From the NCBI GenBank assembly GCA_025451785.1, contig JANWJV010000033.1:1-10828 (forward strand): DNA of 10,828 nucleotides, given 5' to 3'. Both the position numbers and the translations under genes were made by a program. Each line of letters starts with the position of its first letter. Within the stretch, counting starts at the first letter, position 1. The stretch comes from Bacteroidia bacterium. GTDB lineage: Bacteria > Bacteroidota > Bacteroidia > JANWJV01. This document shows positions 1 to 6,134 of this stretch, piece after piece. The notes beneath the pieces were generated by a model that was given only the letters and a program-made list of their open reading frames with translations, ran no database searches and was not told the origin of the DNA.

Positions 1-191
1 GCCTTGATAACGTCAGGCTCGTTGAGGATCTTAGAGAAGTTATGATGCTCGCCAAAAGCGGTGAACTCGGCCTTAGAGAGGAGCTTGCGCAGGGTCTTTA
101 CCTGCTGCCGGTAACCATTCACCCTGCGGATGCGGGGAATGGTCTTCCGCAGCTCGATAGCCCTTTTGATGATGGAGCTTATCAAAGCCAT
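1..191 (-). CDS. GH3 auxin-responsive-promoter family protein (acyl-acid amido synthetase-like adenylating enzyme). Only the N-terminal 63 codons are present; the rest runs past the window start.
   Basis: Reverse-complement translation from ATG (189-191) gives MALISSIIKRAIELRKTIPRIRRVNGYRQQVKTLRKLLSKAEFTAFGEHHNFSKILNEPDVIKA, open to the window edge. The MALI.SI start and the Q..L..LL.KA..T.FG..H.F..I pattern resemble the N-termini of bacterial (Bacteroidota) GH3 proteins. Identification is from a short fragment only. It sits 15 bp downstream of the M20D gene on the same strand. Confidence 0.5.
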   Translation of the reverse strand, partial: MALISSIIKRAIELRKTIPRIRRVNGYRQQVKTLRKLLSKAEFTAFGEHHNFSKILNEPDVIK

Positions 192-194
192 CCC

Positions 195-226
195 CAAATA
201 TATTCATTATCTCCTTAGTTCCTCAA
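195..226 (-). promoter_or_regulatory. Candidate Bacteroidota sigma-A promoter for the GH3 gene, embedded in the 3' end of the M20D gene: TTG-N21-TATATTTG, then 3 nt, then ATG.
   Basis: On the minus strand, TTG (complement of 224-226), a 21-nt spacer, TATATTTG (complement of 195-202, matching the TAnnTTTG -7 consensus), then GGG and ATG. This geometry predicts a leaderless or near-leaderless transcript. Confidence 0.35.
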
Positions 227-1400
227 TGGCCAGCCAGGCCATGAGCCCCATGCCCGTTTCCAGGGCTTTTTCGTCGATGTCGAAGGTTGAAGTATGCACG
301 CCCGAGGTGATGCCTTTGGCCTTGTTGCCGGTGCCAAGGCGATAGAAACAACCCGGGATATGCTGGGTATAAAACGCGAAATCTTCTGCCGTCATGCGCA
401 AGGGTAGTTCTTCCACGTTCTCCTTGCCGAGAAAATCTTCCGCTGCTTTGCGTGCCGCGGCAGTGGTCTTCTCGTCGTTGATAAGATAAGGATAGCCATC
501 GAGGATGGTCACTTCACAGCTACCTCCCATGCTTTCGGTCTTGCTCTTCACGATCTGGCGGATACGCTCCTTAACAACCGCCCTCCATTTTTCATCCATG
601 GTGCGGAAGGTGCCGGAGATCTTTACTTCGCCGGGGATCACGTTGGTGGTTCCGTTGGCAAGGAATTTTCCAAAGGCCAAAACAGTTGGTGCCGGAAGGG
701 GAGCCGGAGGGGTCATGAATATGCTATGCAGCTCACGCAGCACTTCGGCACCTATCAGCACCGGGTTAATATATTCGGCGGGCATGGCAGCGTGACCGCC
801 TTTGCCGGTTATGGTAATATAGATCTCGTCGGTAGAGGCCATGTACATGCCCGTACGAAAACCCACTTTGCCGGCTTCCATGTTGGGGAATACATGCTGG
901 CCGAAGATAGAAAGCGGTGAAGGGTTCTTAAGCACACCTTCGGCGATCATGAGCGAAGCACCGCCGGGAGCTTTCTCTTCGCCGGGCTGGAATATAAGTT
1001 TGATGGTGCCTTCCAATTGGTCCTTCACCTGGTTAAGGATCTTTGCGGTTCCAAGTAAGGAGGCGGTATGCACATCGTGGCCGCAGGCATGCATAAGGCC
1101 CTCGTTCTTCGACTTGTATTCAACGTTGTTCTCTTCTTTTATGGCCAGGGCATCCATGTCGGCACGCAGCGCTATCACTTTCTTATCCGGGTTCTTGCCT
1201 TTCAGCAGGGCCACGATGCCGGTCTTCACGATGCCTTCGGTAAAAGGAATGCCGTACTCGGTAAGTTTCGATGCGATGAATTTAGAAGTGTTGAACTCCT
1301 GGAAGGAAATTTCGGGGTTGGCGTGCAGGTGCCTTCGGAGGGAAATGATCTCCTGAAGATATTCTTGCGAAAGGTTCTTTATTTGATCCTTAAGTGACAT
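207..1400 (-). CDS. M20D family amidohydrolase (ILR1/HipO/Ama-like N-acyl-amino-acid amidohydrolase; peptidase M20 with dimerisation domain)
   Basis: 397-aa ORF. It has the MHACGHD metal-binding motif and the GxxEE...GGA (GEEKAPGGA) motif characteristic of the M20D subfamily, with overall colinearity to hippurate hydrolase/aminoacylases. It carries no signal peptide. Confidence 0.9.
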   Translation of the reverse strand: MSLKDQIKNLSQEYLQEIISLRRHLHANPEISFQEFNTSKFIASKLTEYGIPFTEGIVKTGIVALLKGKNPDKKVIALRADMDALAIKEENNVEYKSKNEGLMHACGHDVHTASLLGTAKILNQVKDQLEGTIKLIFQPGEEKAPGGASLMIAEGVLKNPSPLSIFGQHVFPNMEAGKVGFRTGMYMASTDEIYITITGKGGHAAMPAEYINPVLIGAEVLRELHSIFMTPPAPLPAPTVLAFGKFLANGTTNVIPGEVKISGTFRTMDEKWRAVVKERIRQIVKSKTESMGGSCEVTILDGYPYLINDEKTTAAARKAAEDFLGKENVEELPLRMTAEDFAFYTQHIPGCFYRLGTGNKAKGITSGVHTSTFDIDEKALETGMGLMAWLAIEELRR

Positions 1401-1404
1401 GCTT

Positions 1405-1412
1405 CAAAAGTA
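1405..1412 (-). promoter_or_regulatory. Candidate -7 box TACTTTTG (TAnnTTTG) ending 5 nt before the M20D ATG
   Basis: The minus-strand sequence ...tatgTACTTTTGaagcATG matches the Bacteroidota -7 consensus. No convincing -33 TTG sits at the expected spacing. Confidence 0.25.
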
Positions 1413-1501
1413 CATAATTAACGATATAGAATACCACCCCCGACCTCCCTCGTCAGGCTCGGGACAGGCTCTCCTAAGAGGAGGGGAGAACATTGTGGAA
1501 G

Positions 1502-1535
1502 AAAATTAAAAGCGTTCCCCTCCTTTCAGGAGGGG
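1502..1535 (-). terminator. Intrinsic terminator for the TSUP gene: 8-bp GC hairpin with a 5-nt loop (TCCCCTCC-tgaaa-GGAGGGGA on the minus strand) followed by aCGCTTTTAATTTT
   Basis: A perfect 8-bp inverted repeat at 1517-1524/1528-1535 (cccctcct ttc aggagggg on plus). On the minus strand it is followed by a T-rich tract. It lies 28-60 nt downstream of the TSUP stop codon. Confidence 0.55.
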
Positions 1536-1562
1536 ACAGGGGTGGTGCAATAAAAAGTACAA

Positions 1563-1925
1563 TTACTTCCCGATTATCATTTTAAGGGCAAGCAGGAGCA
1601 TCAGCACCCCGAAGATACGTTTGAGCATTTCCTGGTTGAGGCTGATGGCGATACGGGAGCCGAAGAAACTGCCTACCACAAAGGTGATAGCGATAATGAG
1701 CGCGATCCTTATATCGATGTGGCCAGCCTTGTAATAGTTCATTACACCGAGGATGCCGATAGGGATGAGGAACATGGCTAAGGTGGTGCCTTGTGCTGTA
1801 TGCTGTGAAGTGCCTAAGAAATAGACCAGGGCGGGAACGATGATAACGCCGCCGCCAATTCCTATCATGCCGCTTAGCATGCCCGCAACAAGCCCTATAA
1901 AGAGCAGGATGATCACTTCATTCAT
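1563..1925 (-). CDS. TSUP family transporter, half-size (sulfite exporter TauE/SafE family; 4-TM unit)
   Basis: MNEVIILLFIGLVAGMLSGMIGIGGGVIIVPALVYF... shows the glycine-rich TSUP signature and about 4 hydrophobic helices. The start is uncertain. The longest ORF begins at a TTG at 1944-1946 (reading MKKTNLN...), but the ATG at 1923-1925 gives the canonical TSUP N-terminus. It lies 12-33 bp downstream of the large OMP gene on the same strand, so the two are likely co-transcribed. Confidence 0.8.
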   Translation of the reverse strand: MNEVIILLFIGLVAGMLSGMIGIGGGVIIVPALVYFLGTSQHTAQGTTLAMFLIPIGILGVMNYYKAGHIDIRIALIIAITFVVGSFFGSRIAISLNQEMLKRIFGVLMLLLALKMIIGK

Positions 1926-1958
1926 ATTTAAGTTAGTTTTTTTCAAGAAAGGAAAGGA

Positions 1959-4900
1959 TCAGAAATCGAGGCTGAACGATACATAGGTGACCCTTGGAAG
2001 TACAGTGAAATCTTCAACGCCCCATGCCCAGTCAACGCGAACAAAATAACCCAGCACCCTGCTGCGTAATCCCCATCCGTAACCGCCGATGATGGGCTCC
2101 TTACGGGTGTTGAGCGTGATGGTGAGTGGCTTGGCGTAAATGGTAAAGGAGTTGAGCGAGTTCTTGGAAGAATAGGGCGACTTGTCCGTCCATGCTGTGC
2201 CGATATCGCCGAAGCCGATGACCTGGAAGTTGTTGATGAAGTCAGACTTGATGGGCCTGTTCATCAGGTAACGGAACAAGGGAACACGCAGTTCGCTGTT
2301 GATCACCGCAAAGCTGTTACCGTTACGGGCGTTCTGAAAGAAGCCGCGCATATTGGTGGCCAGGGTTTGATACGCATAGTTCTGGTTCGGGTCAATGTTC
2401 ACCGAGCGGTCGAACTGGGGAGTGTTGAGCCAGTTGTCGACGCCACCCATATAGTAAATGAGCTTTTGTGTGCCCAGCGAAGTGCTTGCCGCAAAGCGGT
2501 TGGCCCAGATAATGTCGCGGTGAATCTTCTGGTAATGGCGGAAGTCGCAGCCGAGAACGGTCATGTTGTGGTCCTTGGTGCTTCGTACAATATCTCCGCT
2601 GGGATCGGTATTGCGCACCACATCCCAAAGCAGGTAATGCTCGGCGAATAATTTGAAGCGCATGCCGTTGTAAAGGTTGAGGCCTTTCTTGAGGGTATTG
2701 TCGAACACGTATTCCAGTTTACCGCTTACCGAGTGCTGGAAGTCATGCGGCTTCTCCAGGTTGTTCTGGTCAGTAGCCAGGAAAATGGTCTTGTCGTTAC
2801 GCAGGTTAATGCTTCCGCGGATACTGGTCACTTCACTAAAGGGATAACGCAGCGAGTATTTAGCTTCGTGTGTATACACTTTCACCAGTGAGCTAAGGCC
2901 GGTTACGTTGAGCAGGGCCTGGCGGTGCAGTACCACTTGCTTGTCAACCAGTTTGTGCCTGTCCTCGTGGCTCAGGAAGTATTCGTTGCTGTTAAGGTCG
3001 CCGGAGAGACGCGCGCCAGCCACGATGCGGTAATCTTCGAACAGGTCGCTGAGGCCTATCTTAAAGAAACCGTTGAAGCCGGGGTTGAGATAAATAGGAC
3101 TTCCGCCGCCGGTGAACTTCTGGTAGCCGGCGTTAAGGAAGCTGTTGTCGAGCTGACTTACGATATAGTCAGTAGCGTAATAAACGTTGTAATTTCTTTG
3201 CTTGGCCAATACAAATTCTTCCAGCTTAGGCTCGGGTTTCTTAATGGTATCCTCCGGTGCCGGAGCGGGCTTCTTCGCTTCTTCGGCTTTGCGTTCAGCC
3301 TCTTTGTTTTTGGCGTAATCGTAGAAAGTGTAATTGTTGATGTCGATGGTGCCGCTGTCCTTCTTCACAGGCTGTGGCTCGGCGACCACCGTTTTCACTT
3401 TGGAAGTGTCTTTGGCTTTCGCCACTTTTTCGGCGGCAGCCATGGTGTACTTGATAAAATCCCTGTTCACCTTTTCGCGGTAAGCGGTGTTCTTGAGGTC
3501 AACAGGCTTAAGAGCTGTAACAGGCTGCAGGTCGTTCACAAACATGCGGTACCTTCCTTTGTGGTAGATCACCTCGGCGATCTTGTTGGCCTTCACGTTC
3601 ACGTCCTGCTCAAGGATATTTCTGGAGTAATTGGTAAGCGGTTTGGGATAGGCTACGTAACGGTAATGCGCTGCGGTATCCACAAAGCTGATAATGCTGT
3701 CGAAGTGGGCTATGTAGCGGTTACGGATGCCGTTGCTTTCGCTCAGGAAGGAGATCTCCGTGCTGTCATAATCCGCGGGGTTGCTTTCTTCCACCAGCAG
3801 GGTATTGGTTAGCCGCTTGAGCACGTTGGAGCGCTTCACGTAATCGTATACAAAAATGTCTTTCTTCGGCATCACCTCTTTGATCTCACGCGCGTTCTCG
3901 AAACGGATGGTATCGGTAGGACGGTTAGAGCTGAAGGCGATCTCTTTTGTGTTATGGATAAAGCGGGGATTGAGGTCGTCGTAAAAATCCTTGGTGATCT
4001 GTTCGTAGGCGTTCGAAGCGACGGTGAACACAAAGATGTCGCTTTGCCCGCCCTGCACTGCCGACATGGCGAACTTGCGGCCATCTTGTGAATAAGCCAC
4101 GTCAAGTATCTTTTCGAAGTTCATGATCCGGCGCGTTTCCTTCTTGCGGTCTTCCATCGAATAGGTGGTAAGCAGGATCTCTCCTTTGCGTTCCGTGATG
4201 TAAGAGAACAACTTGCCGCTGGGATGCCAGGTAAGGATAGGGTAGGAGTAATCGTTGATGCGGTCAAGCTTATGCCCCGTCTTTTTAATGCGTTTGGCCT
4301 TGTTCGTTCGAAGGTCATAGAGCCATATCTTGTACTGGCCCATCTCGTTGGTCACATAGATCACCGAATTACCATCAGGACTTACCTTCAATTGGTTATA
4401 CACTCTGCTGATCCTCGGCTTCTTCATCACCGCCGGCTGTATGGGCAGGGTGCGGAGCTTTTCAGCATCGGTATTGTACTTTACATAATAAGAGTCGAGC
4501 CATTCGGCGCTTAGGTTCCTGAGCGATACTCCCAACACGAACAGGAAAGCGCTTTCGATGTTGCGGCTCACTTTGGTCATGTAAAGGATATTGGAGATCA
4601 CGGATTCCCCGTAGGTGTCGGCTATATAATTCCAAATGGAAGGCCCGGCATACACGGCGTCGACGCCGGTAAGGCGGTTGAACTTGTTGAACTTGCCGCT
4701 GAGGATCCCGTCCTTCACGCGGCTGTCGATCTCGGGGCTCCACTTTACTGAAATATAAGAGACCAGGCCCTGTACATACCAGTCGGGCAGGGTAAGTAGG
4801 GTAGAGTTCTTGAGCATGTCCTTGGCATTGCCTCCGTACATCATTTGGTTGATGAGGATCTCGGCGATGCCCGCGCGGATCTGCTGTTCCAGTTTCGCAT

Positions 4901-5306
4901 GGTCGCCTTCGAAGTACAGGCTCACCTTGCTGCCCACGATGCGGGTCACGCCGCCTATGTTGTATTGTTCATCGGTACTGAGGCCGATATTGCTTTGGGA
5001 GAAATCGCTTTGTTTGTTATAGAGGATAAACTGTATCTTGCCGTCCACCTGGTAATCGAAAAGCTTCTCGATCTCTTCGATGCTTTTTTTGGCCGTGCGG
5101 GAAACGTAATTGGATACTTCCCTGCCGCCCTCATAAAAATACACCTGGTATTTCTCGTAATCGTAATAGGTCCAGTTCATAGTGGCCCACTGCACGCGGT
5201 TCTTGCCGAATTCAGTTTGCGAGCCGTTATAGAACTGGGCCCGTACAGGAAAGAGAATAAGGGCAAAGAGAAGGGAAAGAATACTATGATAAATGAATCT
5301 TTTCAC
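1959..5306 (-). CDS. Large secreted outer-membrane protein: signal peptide, N-terminal domain, TolB-like (PD40/WD40-like) beta-propeller, K/E/P-rich linker, and an Omp85 (bacterial surface antigen)-like C-terminal beta-barrel
   Basis: 1115-aa ORF with a GTG start at 5304-5306 (no in-frame ATG upstream; the next in-frame stop is 11 codons up). The signal peptide is MKRFIYHSILSLLFALILFPVRAQ. PD40-like repeats include SPDGNSVIYV..., HPSGKLFSY..., YSQDGRKFAMSA... and FSSNRPTDT. The disordered linker AEERKAEEAKKPAPAPEDTIKKPEPK is encoded at about 3226-3320. The C-terminal roughly 400 aa is rich in amphipathic beta-strands, has an NMRGFF (RGF loop-6-like) motif, and ends ...VTYVSFSLDF with the terminal Phe typical of OM barrels. 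Confidence 0.8.
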   Translation of the reverse strand: MKRFIYHSILSLLFALILFPVRAQFYNGSQTEFGKNRVQWATMNWTYYDYEKYQVYFYEGGREVSNYVSRTAKKSIEEIEKLFDYQVDGKIQFILYNKQSDFSQSNIGLSTDEQYNIGGVTRIVGSKVSLYFEGDHAKLEQQIRAGIAEILINQMMYGGNAKDMLKNSTLLTLPDWYVQGLVSYISVKWSPEIDSRVKDGILSGKFNKFNRLTGVDAVYAGPSIWNYIADTYGESVISNILYMTKVSRNIESAFLFVLGVSLRNLSAEWLDSYYVKYNTDAEKLRTLPIQPAVMKKPRISRVYNQLKVSPDGNSVIYVTNEMGQYKIWLYDLRTNKAKRIKKTGHKLDRINDYSYPILTWHPSGKLFSYITERKGEILLTTYSMEDRKKETRRIMNFEKILDVAYSQDGRKFAMSAVQGGQSDIFVFTVASNAYEQITKDFYDDLNPRFIHNTKEIAFSSNRPTDTIRFENAREIKEVMPKKDIFVYDYVKRSNVLKRLTNTLLVEESNPADYDSTEISFLSESNGIRNRYIAHFDSIISFVDTAAHYRYVAYPKPLTNYSRNILEQDVNVKANKIAEVIYHKGRYRMFVNDLQPVTALKPVDLKNTAYREKVNRDFIKYTMAAAEKVAKAKDTSKVKTVVAEPQPVKKDSGTIDINNYTFYDYAKNKEAERKAEEAKKPAPAPEDTIKKPEPKLEEFVLAKQRNYNVYYATDYIVSQLDNSFLNAGYQKFTGGGSPIYLNPGFNGFFKIGLSDLFEDYRIVAGARLSGDLNSNEYFLSHEDRHKLVDKQVVLHRQALLNVTGLSSLVKVYTHEAKYSLRYPFSEVTSIRGSINLRNDKTIFLATDQNNLEKPHDFQHSVSGKLEYVFDNTLKKGLNLYNGMRFKLFAEHYLLWDVVRNTDPSGDIVRSTKDHNMTVLGCDFRHYQKIHRDIIWANRFAASTSLGTQKLIYYMGGVDNWLNTPQFDRSVNIDPNQNYAYQTLATNMRGFFQNARNGNSFAVINSELRVPLFRYLMNRPIKSDFINNFQVIGFGDIGTAWTDKSPYSSKNSLNSFTIYAKPLTITLNTRKEPIIGGYGWGLRSRVLGYFVRVDWAWGVEDFTVLPRVTYVSFSLDF

Positions 5307-5381
5307 GCGTTGTGGAAGTATAACGGATAAGGGAAGCTAAGTTACTAATCTTAATTCAATGGTTTAACTTTGTAAACGAAT

Positions 5382-5389
5382 TATATTTG
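5382..5389 (+). promoter_or_regulatory. Candidate -7 box TATATTTG (TAnnTTTG) 5 nt upstream of the MBL-fold hydrolase ATG
   Basis: The plus strand reads ...cgaatTATATTTGggtttATG. The motif is identical to the one in front of the GH3 gene. The only TTTG upstream sits just 9 nt away, so the -33 element is not canonical. This lies in the 88-bp divergent region shared with the OMP gene. Confidence 0.3.
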
Positions 5390-5394
5390 GGTTT

Positions 5395-6057
5395 ATGATC
5401 AGCATCCAGTCCTTTACGTTCAACCCTTTCCAGGAGAACACTTATGTGTTGTATGATGAGAGCAAAAAATGCGTCATCATAGATCCAGGATGCTATGATG
5501 ACGCTGAGCGGGGCGAATTGGTTGCCTTTATCGGGGCACAAAATTTAAAGCCCGTACAATTGCTCAATACCCACTGCCATGTAGACCATGTTTTCGGCAA
5601 TAAGTTTATTGAAGAAAAATACGGCTTAAAGCCCTGGATCCATAAAAAGGACCTGCCGGTATTGCATACCCTGCCCGATGTTTCGCAATTGTATGGCCTT
5701 AATGCCGAAGCCTCGCCCGAACCGGAAGGATATTATGAGGAAGGCGACCAGGTAAAGTTCGGGAATTCGGTATTGGATATACTTTTCACCCCCGGCCATT
5801 CCCCTGGCAGCATTTGCTTTGTTGCCAAAGACGAGAAGTTTGTGATCGGCGGCGATGTGCTTTTCTATTGCAGCATTGGCCGCAGCGACCTGCCCGGCGG
5901 CGACCATCCCAGCCTTATAAAGAGCATTAAAAGCAAGTTGTTCCCGCTGGGAGATGATTTTACTGTGTACTCAGGCCACGGCCAGGAAACGAACATAGGG
6001 TTCGAGCGTAGGAATAATCCCTTCTTAGTACAATCCACCGAGGAAGAAGAAGAGTGA
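5395..6057 (+). CDS. ycbL: MBL-fold metallo-hydrolase, YcbL/glyoxalase-II-like
   Basis: 220 aa with the HxHxDH motif (THCHVDH), PGHSPGS, GDVLFYCSIGRSDLPGGD and LGDDFTVYSGHGQETNIGFERRNNPFL. It is colinear with E. coli YcbL. The C-terminus is an EEEEE tail. Confidence 0.88.
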   Translation: MISIQSFTFNPFQENTYVLYDESKKCVIIDPGCYDDAERGELVAFIGAQNLKPVQLLNTHCHVDHVFGNKFIEEKYGLKPWIHKKDLPVLHTLPDVSQLYGLNAEASPEPEGYYEEGDQVKFGNSVLDILFTPGHSPGSICFVAKDEKFVIGGDVLFYCSIGRSDLPGGDHPSLIKSIKSKLFPLGDDFTVYSGHGQETNIGFERRNNPFLVQSTEEEEE

Positions 6058-6058
6058 C

Positions 6059-6084
6059 CCCCTCTGTCTGACGAAACAGTGGGG
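6059..6084. terminator. Possible bidirectional terminator hairpin between the convergent MBL and flotillin genes (CCCCtCTGT-ctgacgaa-ACAGtGGGG)
   Basis: An 8-bp stem with one T-T mismatch and an 8-nt loop, 2 nt after the MBL TGA stop. There is no clear U-tract on either side, so this is weak. Confidence 0.25.
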
Positions 6085-6113
6085 AGTACCTGCTAACGGA
6101 ACATCTGTGCGTT

Positions 6114-6134
6114 TGCCTACTGCCTACTGCCTAC
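6114..6134. repeat. 3x tandem heptamer TGCCTAC (GTAGGCA on the minus strand) overlapping the flotillin stop codon
   Basis: tgcctac tgcctac tgcctac at 6114-6134. The flotillin TAG stop is the complement of cta at 6131-6133, inside the first unit as read on the minus strand. Confidence 0.7.

Noticed and set aside
130-345. 71-aa plus-strand ORF spanning the GH3/M20D junction
   Set aside because: It overlaps two minus-strand genes and their junction. It has no motif and is probably a chance ORF.
841-1397. 171-aa and 109-aa plus-strand ORFs antisense to the M20D gene
   Set aside because: Both are embedded in the M20D coding region, have no motifs, and have nothing promoter-like upstream. They are shadow ORFs.
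1401-1562. Possibility of a tRNA or riboswitch in the 162-bp TSUP-M20D spacer
   Set aside because: There is no tRNA cloverleaf signature (no T-loop GTTCRANYC or acceptor pairing) and no recognisable riboswitch consensus. I interpreted it instead as a terminator plus hairpin element, as described in the findings.
2925-3812. 295-aa plus-strand ORF antisense to the large OMP gene
   Set aside because: Its translation is V/L/G/H-rich low-complexity sequence with no recognisable motif. It is fully embedded opposite a well-supported gene, which is the typical behaviour of an antisense shadow ORF.
4845-5330. 161-aa plus-strand ORF overlapping the N-terminal region and start of the OMP gene
   Set aside because: It is antisense to the OMP signal-peptide/N-domain coding region, and the ORF extends across the OMP start codon without any start context of its own. 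I judge it spurious.
5356-5541. 61-aa minus-strand ORF overlapping the MBL hydrolase start
   Set aside because: It is antisense to a well-supported gene start and too short and featureless to support.
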